Shown in pieces: positions 38,470-52,426 of a stretch of DNA of 64,000 bases. Location: positions 132,618,001 to 132,682,000 of the forward strand of contig NC_042999.1 in NCBI RefSeq assembly GCF_006345805.1, written 5' to 3'. A program made the position numbers and the translations under genes. The DNA is from Octopus sinensis (Eukaryota). Numbering within the stretch: position 1 is the stretch's first letter; every line of letters starts with the position of its first letter. The notes under the pieces were generated by a model. The model did no database searches and was not told the origin of the DNA. It saw nothing but the letters and a program-made list of their open reading frames with translations.

Positions 38470-39525
38470 GTCATTGTTTAGTTTTATTTCAAGATTTCTT
38501 ACCAATAGAGAAAGAGCCGGTTTCTAACCTAGATTCAAGGTTCCTTCATTAGAATTTCAACATCAACAACAGGGTATGTATGTATGTATGTATGTATGTA
38601 TGTATGTATGTATGTGTGTATGTATGTGTGTATATATGTGTGTATGTATGTATGCATGCATATATATGTACACTATTTGGAGTCATTGAATGTGCAGGTT
38701 TGTATACTTTGTTTTATGTATGTATTCCCATGCATTATATTGGGTTGTCCGGAAAGTTCGTGCCGATTTATAGTAGCTTACATTTCGACTTATTTTAGAA
38801 CATGGTTGAGTCCATAAAATAGGATTTGACTACACCTCCATTTAGAGCACAGTTTAAGCTATCTTTTCGTGGAAGAAGGTTTATGTTCCTATAACCTGTG
38901 TTAATTCTGTAACCCTCTAAAATGGAAGATAAGAAAGTTCATTTTCGGCACTTGATGCTTTGGGAACCAGACAAAAATTGCTACAGCTCGGCTGGGATGT
39001 TTTACCCCGCCCTCCATATTCACCAGATATTGCTCCTTCGGATTTCCACTAATTCAGGTCTCTGCAGAATAGTCTTAATGGTAAAAATTTCAATTCCTTG
39101 GATGCCAAAAAAGATATTTTGATGAATTCTTTGCCATGAAACCACCTCAATTCTGGGAAGAGGACATTTTCAAGTTAAAGGAAAGATGAAGACGCATTGT
39201 GCAACAAAATGGTTCATATTTGGTTCATTAAAAATGTAATGGCAAGTATTTGTTGACCTTTTTCTTCCCTTTAAAAATCGGCAGGAACTTTCCGGACAAC
39301 CCAATAGTTGCATGTTTAGAAATGCGCATATATATTTAAAAGATAAACTTCAGGAAAGTTTTACAGAATTTTACAGTTCCAGTGATGGCTAAGATCTGTA
39401 GTCATCGAATCAACTTTCTCCTTTCTTATTTTGAGAAACCTAATTTCTCCAGAAATTACTACATGTTCCAATACTCTAATGATTACAGGTATGAACCTGA
39501 ACTTATAATCTGGGTAGAGTAACTG
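38470..39525 (-). mobile_element. RLE (R4-like) LINE 3' end interrupted by a mariner
   Basis: LLYPDYKFRFIPVII...FLEKLGFSK*ERRKLIR*LQILAITGTVKFCKTFLKF*, then a 3' UTR with internal (CATA)n and an AATAAA-containing end; (CATA)n at both junctions. Confidence 0.7.
38740..39304 (+). mobile_element. Internally deleted mariner (565 bp)
   Basis: TA|TTGGGTTGTCCGGAAAGTTCGTGCCGATTT ... AAATCGGCAGGAACTTTCCGGACAACCCAA|TA; MEDKKVHFRHLMLWE fused to TRQKLLQLGWDVLPRPPYSPDIAPSDFH. Confidence 0.92.
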
Positions 39526-39797
39526 TGTATGTATGTATGTATGTATGTATGTATGCATGTATGTATGTATTTATGTATGTGTGCCCCTACTTAACCAATC
39601 GTAGAGGTTAAGAGGCGAAACGACTGTGAGTCTGAGATTCCCAACAATGTGATAACTTTAATCATCATCAACAAATAGTGCTTGTAACGGCTTCATGTAG
39701 CTTCAGCAAGTTTTCTTTGGAGCAAAATATCACACGGAAAGAGAAAGAGATTAAAAATATTTCGAGCTGAATTTTATATTTCACCTATATTTGTGCT

Positions 39798-39880
<83 letters not shown>

Positions 39881-39925
39881 TGTGTGTGTGTGTGTGCGTG
39901 CGCGCGCGCGCGCGTGTATATATAT

Positions 39926-40155
39926 ATTTCTTTACTACCCACAAGGGGCTAAACATAGAGGGGACAAACAAGGACAGACAAAGGGATTAAGTCGATTACA
40001 TCGACCCCAGTGCGTAACTGGTACTTAATTTATCGACCCCGAAAGGATGAAAGGCAAAGTCGACCTCGGCGGAATTTGAACTCGGAACGTAACGACAGAC
40101 GAAATACTGCTACGAATTTCGCCCAGCGTGCTAACGTTTCTACCAGCTCGCCGCC
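39926..40155 (-). mobile_element. SINE family B with Tx1-like tail (tail type 1)
   Basis: Head ggcggcgagctggtagaaacg; tail ttgtttgtcccctctatgtttagccccttgtgggtagtaaagaaat. Confidence 0.9.
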
Positions 40156-40496
40156 TGTATATATATGTGTGTGTGCGTGTGTGTATGAGTGTGTATGTGA
40201 ACGCTGTTTGCGTAGAATGGGTGGACGATCAAACATCGCTTTAGCATTTAGTTCTGTTTCGGTTACTTCTTACGTTCGGTAAGCTTCGCCGTTCGTTTTT
40301 CTTCAAGGACTGTAAATTAAGCACCAAATGAAATAGTCGGCGAAAAAGCCCTTGATATCGGTGCTCCAACATGGTCGCAGTTCACTGAAGGAAACCGAGT
40401 AAAAGAATAAAATAATTATGGAGACTTGAGACTGCGTGGCTTCAAATGATGACATCAAATATGGCGGGAATAGTAATAATATTGCTATTGTAATAT

Positions 40497-40548
<52 letters not shown>

Positions 40549-41867
40549 ACGCTATCGGTCTGTTTCTCTCTTAAGGCCTTTTTCTGTCTTCTCCTTCTCT
40601 CGCTCTCTTCTCTCTTTCCAACTGAGACCCCAAACATATTTCAATATACTCGCATATATTACACCTCATTTAATTCAATAATCTACATTCTGCGTGAGGT
40701 TTTCCAGAATTAATGAAATATCTATAACGTATATTATGTACCGCATGCGCTTTCGTGTCGTTGATGGCGTTATTTGTATTGTTGTTGTTGTTGGTGGTGG
40801 TGTTGCTATTAACGGCGTCGACGAAGATGATGACGACGACGATGATGATGATTGTGATACTGTTCTTCTTGCTCTCCTCTTTTTTGTCTTTTTCTTTATA
40901 GATAGTTCACTAATACTTGATGAATGCCGTACCTGAGAACAGATCTGTCCCAACTTAGATTCACAGGGTCATCCATCATTTCGATGCCGGCAGTTCCCCT
41001 ACCCCACCACCACCACTACCACCCCACTACCACCACCACTACCACCACCACCACCACCAACAACAACTAAAAAGTCGGGGAACTCCATCCATCATAATGA
41101 ACATAGTTGTTACTTAAATTAATGAGATGTGCATCTTGTGGATGACAGCCAATCGTTGGACATGCTTGGCACGTGCAAATGTTAAACACTGCTACCATTA
41201 TTGTTGTTGTCGTTGCCGTTGTTGTTGTTGTTGTTGTTGTGGCAAATGTTATTACTGAGATTTTGGATGATACTTATTCGGTTTATCTTTCTACCAGTTT
41301 ATCTCATCGCTTGTCTGTCCTATTCTAATTTTCCACCCCATCCCGCTTAGCCCGTATCTTTCTCACTCACCCTCTCTCTTTATATACATGTATGTTTGCG
41401 GCGGAGGGATTCTGTGTTTCTACATACATGCATCTATACCTGTGTCTGTGCATGTTCGTGCACCAAAACCTGCAGTGTAGAAAAGGTGTTGAACTTCGGT
41501 TCGAGGGAACTTCTGTTGGATGGTCGAATATTTCAGTTAAGTTAACTTTGTCACAATCACATGTCGATTTATGATTTTATATTACTATATAAATAAATAT
41601 ATATGAGTGTGTATATTATATATATGAATACACACATATACAGGGTATCGATAAATTACTTTTATAATTTGAAGTAAGGAAGTGTCGAAGTTGTAAAGAT
41701 AATCAATGGACATCCTATATATATATATATATATATATATATAACCATACATATATATATATAAAATTACCCCCCCCCCCAAAAAAAAACGAAGAAAAAA
41801 CAAAAACCAACGCGAGGACGTGGCACATGCAAAGTATTAGCAGACGCTCAGGGAGGAAAGAAAGGTA

Positions 41868-41921
<54 letters not shown>

Positions 41922-41951
41922 GTATGTATATATATATATGTAATATATATG

Positions 41952-42025
<74 letters not shown>

Positions 42026-42113
42026 CTATTATAAATGGATGAATGAATTATCCTTTGTTTACCGTTAACATGGAAACTCCAATAAACAGTTACCAGGGTA
42101 GCAATATATATAT

Positions 42114-42453
42114 GGGTAAAGACCCCCTTCGGTCATGAGTGACCATGGGTTTGCACCTAGAGAGTTACCCTCTGAGGCACAAGTCTGGGCAAGGTTGTTT
42201 TATGGAAGACCAGTAGTCGCCCATGCATACCGGCCTCCCCTCTCCACGCCACCAGTGTTATCCAAGGGAAAGACAAAGGTCGATACAGCTTGGCACCTGT
42301 GACGTCGCAACTCATTTCTACAGCTGAGTGAACTGGAGCAACGTGAAATAAAGTGCCTTGCTCAAGAACACAGCACGCAGCCCGGTCCGGGATTCGAGCT
42401 CACAACCTCACGATCGTAAGCTCGACGCTCTAACCACTGAGCCATGCGCCTTC
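42114..42453 (-). mobile_element. tRNA-derived SINE (family C head, distinct tail)
   Basis: Minus-strand head gaaggcgcatggctcagtggttagagcgtcgagcttacgatcgtgaggttgtgagctcgaatccc. Confidence 0.85.
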
Positions 42454-42989
42454 ATAATATATATATATATAAATATTAATGGATGAAACAAACTGTATAT
42501 ATAGCAACATGAATAATATAAACTACAATCCATTTTAATATCTAATCTCCTCCATTACATAAAATATGAGGAATCATATACTGATTACATATATATATGT
42601 ATATATATATATACTATATATATATATATATAATATATATATAATTGAACAGAAATGAGTATATTACCTGCCCTTGGGCGAATTCAGAAACGCACATATT
42701 AAGTATACGGTCCATAATATACTTCGGAACACGCGAGAAGCAGGTTCCGAGAGACGTGACCACTGACTAGCGTTTATCGTGGAATCGCAAAATATTTATA
42801 TGCCGTGGATTTAAAAATATTTAAAAATATTTAAAATGTCCTTAATTGTATAGTTCATATATTCATCTGAAGAAAACGGTTTTTTTATAATGACATAATG
42901 TACTCATTAATCAATTAAATAATTCGTTGGAAACAACTGTAATGAATTGACACATATCCATCGTTATTTATCTATATACATATACATAC

Positions 42990-43096
<107 letters not shown>

Positions 43097-43269
43097 GAAC
43101 AATCTTACTTAGAAATGGATGCGTGCGTTCTGTCATATAATAAATTAATAAATAAATAAAACATGCATATATACATACATATATGTACGTACCTACCTCT
43201 ACATGTATATATACATGCATATGTGGGCACAGGACACATTATATGACGGAACGCACGCATCCATTTCTA

Positions 43270-44165
43270 AGTAAGATTGTTCTTAATATTAATAATGATG
43301 CGCAGTCTTAACCTTTCTCTCCCCCTCCCTCTCTCAGCCTTCATTCTTTTGGCTTTCCTTTTCTTCTGCCTTACTGTCTCTCCCATTCTCTCTCTCATTC
43401 TTCATTCTTTTCTCTACAACCATTCCCCTCTTTTTCTCTCTCCCTTTCTCTTACACCTCCTCCTCCCTCCTGTCGTTGACCCGCGACGAGAACTCTGCTG
43501 CTGTCTTCCTTCTCCTGGCTACCTTCAAATAGAGACGACACATCTGTTGCTCCCTCGCCGTTCTCAAAAAATAGCGTTCGTAAAATTTTTTATCTCGTTC
43601 AGCTTAACAGCCCTTCTTGTTTGTGTTACTGTTATTCTCCTTGTCCTGTCTTTTACTGTTTATAATTTGTACTGTCGTTACTGTCCTGTTTTTGCCACCA
43701 TTTTTACCCCTCCGCAAAAAAATCTCAAATTTTATTTAATTTGATTTTCGCGGGAAGGATTGTTTCATTAAAGTCATGTATCGCCTTGACCTTCGAAACG
43801 TGGAGTAGATGAAACAAAGGCAACTGAAGAATGGGAATTTTCCTTGTTTTTTATGTCCTGTACTCTATTTTTTCGTTGTTTAAGAAAAATGTCCATTTCC
43901 TTGGTTTTGTGTTTATGTTTTCGTTTCTCATTTGTTCGACGTTTTTTGGTGTCCTGTACCATATATGCAGTATATATACATGTAGAGGTAGGTAGTACAT
44001 ATATGTATGTATATAGCATATGTTTTATTTATTTATTAATTTATGATATATATATATATATATATTATATAATATATATAATAAATGCATTGCAAATAAA
44101 TAACGACAGATAAAAATCGTTTGCGTATAAGACACATCGAGCCACTAATTTTTCATCAGTTATCA
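43270..44165. mobile_element. Probable PLE-derived terminal-repeat segment with inverted flanks
   Basis: Pyrimidine-rich body, CGAAACGT motif at ~43795, 105-bp inverted copy of its right part at 43135-43240, degenerate CTGATGA...AAACG motif (minus) at 44110-44165. Class is inferred. Confidence 0.4.
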
Positions 44166-44210
44166 ACCAGAATGGTAATACTCAGTTTCGCACCTTTTAT
44201 TATAAGACTG

Positions 44211-44283
<73 letters not shown>

Positions 44284-45132
44284 AGTAGGGAATAATGCAA
44301 AAACATTACGAAGGATATATTAAAAATAATTAAGATTATTTATGAATATATCAATGGCCAAGCATGTTGTCACAAAATATGAAGAAGAAAAGCGTCTATA
44401 ATTATGAACAAGTCACAATTATAACTAAGAGAGTTAAAAAAAAACCTTACATTTTAAAAATTGCAGCCAAAACCGCTATAAATCCATCATATCACTTGTA
44501 TCATTTCTCCTCACGATAAAAACTGTCTTCGGGCGACATGGCAAAAAATCTAACGAAGTCACTGTTTGTAAAGGCAGTAGCTGTGGTTGACATATGGATA
44601 GTTTTGAACAGATAGTTCTAAATAAGATCTCTTTTTAGATCCTGGAAAAAATGTTCACAGTCCCATAGTGTTAAGTGAATGAGATAATTTTTCCGCTTGG
44701 ATTTATCGCTATTCTATTGTAACAATCTTTAAGTGAATTATACTCTTTACCAAAAGAGAAGGGTTGAAAAAACCGGATTTCGAAGGTTTAGGCTTTGAAA
44801 ATTACTCTATCTATAGTACATCACATCACAGTACAGCTTATAGATGCTACTAAACGAACGGTACTTGGAAGTATAAGAAAGAGATTACAGAGCCTAAAAT
44901 TGGAGTAATTCTATAACATGTGACCAACGATAGAACCACCAGATGGATGGTTGAAGTGCAGGACACAGCTGCTGAATTCTTCCCAAATCATGTTGTAACG
45001 TCTTATGTTAAGATGAACACTTTGGTCACTGTAATCATTGGTACATAAAGTTGCGTTATGTTCATGGCCGGAGAGCAAGTATATATGGGAGCATGATTGT
45101 TGTGAATATACGTATGCATTTCACTCTCTATA

Positions 45133-45508
45133 TATTCTTTTCTACTTTAGGCACAAGGCCGGAAATTTTGGGAGAAGGGAGGGCCAGTCGATTAGATCAA
45201 CCTCAGTATGTAACTGGTACTTAATTTATCGATCCCGAAAGGATGAAAGGCAAAGTCGACCTTGGCGGAATTTGAACTCAGAACGTAACGGCAGACGAAC
45301 CTATGTCTTTACTACCCACAAGAGGCTAAACATAGAGGGGGCAAACAAGGACAGACAACGGATTAAGTCGATTACATCGACCCCAGTGCGCAACTGGTAC
45401 TTAATTTATCGACCTCGAAAGGATGAAAGGCAAAGTCGACCTTATGGCAGAGGAAATACAGCTACGCATTTCGCCCGGGATGCTAACGTTTCTGCCAGCT
45501 TGCCGCCT
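45133..45508 (-). mobile_element. Two adjacent SINE family B copies: tail type 2 (45133-45299) and Tx1-like tail (45300-45508)
   Basis: Shared body gatgaaaggcaaagtcgacc; tails ggccttgtgcctaaagtag vs ctctatgtttagcctcttgtgggtagtaaag. Confidence 0.85.
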
Positions 45509-46334
45509 TTACACTTTATATATTATTGTATATTATTGTAATATTCAGTGAGCATGTTTATATGGACATACATTTAATTTGATTTACACGCAACCCCAAG
45601 AAAAAGATATGAGATTAACTGATAATAATGATAAGTATGATCATGTATATAGTTATTCACATATATTTTTCTACATCTGTGCATAAGAGTACCCACGCAA
45701 ATATAACGAATGCTAGTAATTAAACAGTGTCTGAAAGTATGTGTATGTGTGAGGCAATATGACAAGTATTGTATTAGTGCATTTCTGTATGAAATTGTAT
45801 GAATGCACATATGTATTAGATGTCATCATTTCATATATACGATAATGAATATATAAATGTGTGTATGTATTCACACACACAAACACACACACACATATAT
45901 ATGTATGTGTGTGTGTATGTATTCATATATATGTGTGTGTGTATGTTTCCATTTACATTATATATATATATATATATAATATATGTGTGGACACACACAC
46001 ACACACACACATATATATTTGTGTGTGTGTATGTGCATATATATGTATATGTATATGTATATATATATATTTGTGTGTGTGTGTGTGTGTAAATATATAT
46101 AGATAAATATAGAGAGACACGTACACACAGAAACAGAAAGAGAGAAATATGTGAATGCATATAATTTGGGTATATTATATGTGAGCGTATATATATATAT
46201 CTGTATATACATACACACACACATATATATGTGCATGCAAACACACACACACTCACTCACACACGCCCCATATACTGAGAGAGTGAGAAAAAGGCATAGA
46301 AGCATGTATATTTATTATATGTATGTATATATAT

Positions 46335-46382
<48 letters not shown>

Positions 46383-47059
46383 TATAACATACATATATAT
46401 ATATACTAGAATATATATTATATATACACATATGTATGTATATATATATAAATATATATATGTATATATATATATATGTGTTGTGTGTGTGTACATATAT
46501 AATGTATATTCCATTCAGAATAAAAATATGTATGTATATATGTATGTATATATATATATACATGCGCACACACATAAACATATAGATATATACATACATA
46601 TATATGTACATATATATTCATACACATATACACACGCACACACACACTTATAGGTGCATACATACATCTATACATATACCTATGTGAGTACGTGCATGCA
46701 TGTATGTATGTGTGTGAATATATACGTGCCCCCCCTCCACATATCTACGTACATATTCTTATTCTGTATTGAATATATATTGATATATATGACAGATATT
46801 TTATGTTATATATAGACATACTATATACGCATCTATAATGCATATATAGACACACAAACACTCATGTACATATACACATATACATATAACATATACATTA
46901 TATATATATATACATATAACATTTATAAATATATTATACGTATATGTATATATATACATACATATATGTGTGTATGTTATACGTATATATATATATATAA
47001 TATATATATATATATATGTATACCTTTCTCTCTCTCACCCTATACACACATATATATAT

Positions 47060-47106
<47 letters not shown>

Positions 47107-48367
47107 TATATATATATATATATACGCACATATATTCGTATATCAAATAGTGTAGATGCGATCACAGCAAGGAACAATACATATAAATCACGAAATATTG
47201 AGTTATCTTTGTGAAATTAGTTTAGAATAAATTAACCTTTAGACGCCGCCGATTTATCACAACATTCCATCTCTGCTAGAACAATGCCATACCCTTCAGG
47301 CTCCCTCATCACTCTTTTCGAAATATCTACCCTTATCGCAGCCTTCTATCTAACTTTCACCCTGCCATGTTAACAGTCTATCTATATTTGATGATAAGAG
47401 CAAAAAAAAAAAAAAAAAAAATAATAATGATAAAAAAAAGATAAATAAATAAATAAAGAGAAAGAAGCAACGTAATGGCGAGAAAAAGTAAAAAGAAAAT
47501 GTTATCTTTTCAGTATTTGTGAAGCAATAGATCTTGTAAAGAGTAGTTTCCTGACAACAATGGCTGACTGTTCATCTGAATGACGTTTAACTAAGTTCAA
47601 AGGGAACCTCAGACAGCCTGGAAGTTGCCTACCACTTCTAACACCTCTGTCTAAGATAAGATTTTAATATTTTCATGAAAGACACATAGCTATACTTCAC
47701 CTCTTGTTCATTGTTGGTGTTGCTGATGGTGATGCTGTTGTTGTTGGGGTTGTTGTTTGTTGCTGCAGTATGTATTGTTGTTTCCTTTGGTGTTTTCGTG
47801 TTTTTTTTGTTGTTGTTTGTTTTTGTTATTGTTGCTTTTATTATGTTATTTACGTTGTTATTATTTGTCAATGTTGTTTGTCGTTGTTGTAAACAATCTT
47901 TACAGAATTTGTTAAAAAATCAAATGTTGAAGTGTAGTGGCTTTCAACTATTTCAATGTAGTGTCATTAAAGTATAGTGCAGCGTAAGAGAGAAATTTAC
48001 TGTTCGTTATTGAGAAGATATCTGTTACGCTGTTTATCGGTTAAACAACTAGACTCTACACAAATATGTTTGTTATACTGAATAAACAATACCGCCGCTT
48101 AGGTGAAGGCCATACTGCATACCCTACATGAGTGATGAATCTTCTAGAAGGCAGTATATCAGTGTGAGCAAACGTAGCATAGTTACAGTTCAGAGTAGTG
48201 TAATGATGGGAGTGGTTCTAATATCTACAAAGTAAAGGGTACATCAGCTTCTAACACAAGTGCATGCGGTATTATTATATTGTGTAAAGTAATAATGTTG
48301 GCAACTGTTGTGTAAAGGAGTGTAATGAAGAGAAGTGCACTTTCGTGAATTTTGGCGTGTAATTTTA

Positions 48368-48535
48368 GGCGCAGGCGTGGTTGTGTGGTAAGAAGCTTGC
48401 TTCCCTTCCAAACCACATGGTTCCAAGTTCGGTCCCACTGCGTGGCATCTTGGGCAAGTGTCTTTTACTATAGTCTCGGGATGACCAATGCCTTATGAGT
48501 GGTTTTGGTAGACGGAAACCAAATGAAGCCCGTCG

Positions 48536-48567
<32 letters not shown>

Positions 48568-48800
48568 TCTGTGTGTGTCTTTGTGGCTGTGTTTGGTCCC
48601 CCACCCACTGCTTGCCAACCGGTGTTGGTGTGTTTATGTAACCGTAACTTAGCGGTCCGGCAAAGAAGAACAACAGAATAAGTACTTGGCTTAAAAAGAA
48701 TAAGTCCTGGTGTCGATTCATTCGGCTAAAACCCTTCAAGGTGGTGCTGGGGTATGGTCGTAGTCAAATAACTGAAACAAGTAAAAGAATAAAAGAAAAG
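48368..48800 (+). mobile_element. SINE family A, full length
   Basis: Same head, body and tail as the 17475 copy. Confidence 0.88.
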
Positions 48801-48939
48801 TACAAAGGAATATCATTACTATACGCCTAATAATCTGATCTGTCAATATTTTTTTCATTCCAGATTGGAAATAGACGGTTGTAACATCGTGTTGAACAGG
48901 CCCTACTAAAAACTGTTTGTCACAGCCTACTAAACACCA

Positions 48940-49300
48940 CTTGCCACAATTCCATTCCAGTAACCCAATTACTTGACAAAGATAGATATCAAAACTGCCA
49001 CTCACCATCTCTGCAGTCCAGACCTTGTTCCCTGTAAGTTTTGGTTGTTTTCCAAGCTGCTGGAAGGGAACCTCAGGGACAGTCATTTTGAAGACATCGA
49101 GAAGATGGCGGCTGTGATAAAAGTCCTGGGTACTTTTACTTCCATGCGGCGTTCAGGAAGAGGCTGGAGCGCTGCAGCAAGTGCATTGAAGTCAGAGGAC
49201 CCTACTTTGAAGGGGATTACAGTTTTGTACTTCTTTAAAATGGATAAGTATTTCTGTTGAAGCGTCTAGAATGTACCTCACAATATAATAAAAAGTAAAG
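48940..49300 (+). mobile_element. mariner transposase C-terminal remnant
   Basis: TKIDIKTATHHLCSPDLVPCKFWLFSKL...FEDIEKM...RLERCSKCIEVRGPYFEGD. Confidence 0.75.
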
Positions 49301-49344
49301 ATGCACCTAGAAAGTACTCCTCTAAGGCAGAAGACCGAGCAAGG

Positions 49345-49394
<50 letters not shown>

Positions 49395-49416
49395 GCCTGC
49401 CTGCCTGCCTGCCTAC

Positions 49417-49486
<70 letters not shown>

Positions 49487-49533
49487 CTATATATGTATGT
49501 GTATGTGTGTGTGTGCGTGCGTGCGTGCGTGTG

Positions 49534-49578
<45 letters not shown>

Positions 49579-50399
49579 TGTGTGTATTCAACAGTATCAG
49601 CGCCTAGAAGGATTTATAAGCGAACTTCAGGTTAGTTTGAATATGTTTGTGGCATATTTCAACTTCTAAAGGCAAAGTCACTGCAGTTACTTTGAAGGGG
49701 GGAAAAAAATCTCTCTCTTATGAGAAAAGGTGTAAAAACACCATATCTGCCCAATGTTGCCCCCAGTCAGATTCACAGACGCAGCTTTTTAGGTGTTTTT
49801 ACACATGTTATCATTAGGGAAGGAGCCTTTTCGACTTTATAGTGATTATGTGTTTTCTGTGCATTACTGTCTCGTTTTCATGGGCATGTGAGTCTTGTTC
49901 AACGGAAACTAGTTAAAAAACCCAGACAATTTGGATGTCTGAACAACAATTTATTCATAAGTAATTGACATTTTCTGGTTGTTAGCGGATATGCTGTTGC
50001 TGCTGCTGATGATGATGGTGTTGATGACGATGGTAGTGGTGATGGTGGTGGTAACGTATTTACAGACTTTACAGTTATGATAAGACAGAAACTTTGTCTC
50101 CAGGGACAATTAGTATTCTACATAAAAGAATCTTAAAATGGCCTTTAATCCGCACACACGCGCACACACACACTCACACACACACACATTGCATAATTAT
50201 CAATATTTTGTCTCCTTTTTTAGAAATAATAAGCCACCTTGAGAAGAAAGTAACTTGTGAAGGTGTTTGCCAATATCTTTAGATACGTATATTCTTCAGA
50301 GACTCCATATTCGTTGTGTTTTAAAGGATAACAAAAAAGTCTTTGCATTTAATACAGTAAATGGCACTTAATTATTGAATCATAGTAAATAATGATTTC

Positions 50400-50582
50400 A
50401 AATTTTGGCACAAAGCCAGCAATTACATTGATCCCAGTACTCAACTGGTACTTATTTCATCGACCCCGAAAAGATGACAGACAAAGTCGACCTCGGTGAA
50501 ATTAAACTTAAAATGTGAAGATGGACGAAATACCGCTAAGTGTTTCGCCCAGTGGGCTAACGCTTCTACCAGCTCGCCGCTT
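50400..50582 (-). mobile_element. SINE family B
   Basis: cgaccccgaaaagatgacagacaaagtcgacctcgg...taccagctcgccgc. Confidence 0.8.
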
Positions 50583-50974
50583 TAATCACAGTAAATAATG
50601 AAAACAGTCATTAGTGATTCATTTAGCAGACTATCAAATGAAATACCTTGTCCATTGGTGGCTTTTCTTCATCGTCAGTAAATTTCCCTCATCTAACTTT
50701 TCGTGCAGTAAAAATAATAACATTAATGATTTTACACACAAACGCACACACACACACATGATTTTTACAGGTTTAAAACACTGTTTATCGTAAAACACTG
50801 TTCTATATATTTTTCTATAAATTTCTAAACACAATAAAAAACCATTTTGACCGTCACTATATTTATTTTACTTATTCCTTTGTATTCGTTAATGTTATAA
50901 TATAGTTCAGCAAGTTGGTAAATATTTGTGAAAATATCTAACGCTCGGTAGGATCAGACTTTCGTTCCTTTATA

Positions 50975-51657
50975 TACAAAACTATGGGGTGTTGAAGAGT
51001 CCCTGGCTTTAAAGGTGTCGCGAAAGGCCTGGTCGGGAGCCCAAACTTCAGAGTTCTTTTACAGGGCTTAGAAAATCGAAGGACTGCTGGAATAAGTGTA
51101 CGATAACTGTCACCATTCTCTTCGAAAAAGGATAGTTTTCTTCACGCAACTACAGCAAATTATAGATGGGTATTCGTTGGGCCATATTCTCATTCAAATA
51201 TGCGGGAGCCAAATATCGGTCCTGCTAATATAACCAAGTGGATGCGGATGGTTTTCAACACTCGATTAGGATTTTTGGAGAATATCTGCGACCATCCTAG
51301 TCGTATGACGGGGGTTAGCTTCGCCTATCTTCTTCACACTGTCGCTGTTAATCTTGAACGGCCAGAGCAAGATGCATCTTAAACAGAAAAATTTCCCGAT
51401 TGAAATCTTCAAAACCACTTTTGGCAAAATACGCTCCGTAACAGCATCCTCTCCATACACAGTACATATCTTCCAGCAGGTTTCCGCTGCTTCCTTGTCT
51501 TTTATTAAAAAAAAAAAACACGACTCATCAATAATGTTCGTTTCGGTTTTCCTTTCTCGACGCTATTTTGCATCGAACTATGCTAGTGTATCAGGTCAAT
51601 AACGAGTATACATGCGCAAAGGAAAACAAACAAACGAACTTTTGACCACCCCAGTAT
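50975..51657 (-). mobile_element. mariner remnants (short MITE-like piece at 50975-51105; 5' transposase fragment with TIR at 51300-51657)
   Basis: Minus strand reads AAETCWKICTVYGEDAVTERI..KWF..FQSGNFS..DASCSGR (HTH); terminus cgaacttttgaccaccccag|TA. Confidence 0.7.
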
Positions 51658-52201
51658 AAAATAACACGACAGTTAGTGAGGGTGAGAGTGTTATGCTGGT
51701 GGGTGAGTTGTTTCGTTTATAAGGAGAGTGTTGGGTAGGTATGTAAGCTTCAGAATTACCGAAATGTAATTAACTATATATACTTACCTGTTAACGTGTC
51801 CATCTAATCGTCTTGCTTGTACCAATTCATACACCAGCTACAATAACTCGGTTTTCTAACTCCACCTTTCGCACACATTCTGTATCTCACCCCCACCTCT
51901 TTCTCACAATCTCTTTCTCTCTATATCTATCTGTCTCTATATCTGTCCATCAATCTGTTTATCACTAATTCTCTGTTTCTGTCACTCTCTCTCTCTACAT
52001 GTATCGATTTTTGTGTATGTATGTATCCATACTATTTTATGTATGTACGTATCGATCTATCAATCTACCTATATTTACATATATATGTGTGTCTGCATAT
52101 ATATGTGTGTGTATGTATATACATATTTGTATGTATATATATATATGGATCTATATATGTCTGTGTATATATATGTGTATATATACACATATATACAGAT
52201 T

Positions 52202-52257
<56 letters not shown>

Positions 52258-52330
52258 TTATATATATATGTATATATTTATATGTTTATATATATATTCA
52301 TACATATATATATACATTTATATATATATT

Positions 52331-52367
<37 letters not shown>

Positions 52368-52380
52368 ATATATCTATATC

Positions 52381-52426
<46 letters not shown>

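Noticed and set aside
43277-43744. 155-aa hydrophobic ORF resembling a membrane protein
   Set aside because: Pyrimidine-rich repeat sequence yields L/F/S bias; no splice or homology support.
44451-44641. Minus-strand exon-like segment with ttttttccag| acceptor and |gtaagg donor
   Set aside because: Stops in all three frames; could only be non-coding, and there is no evidence for that.
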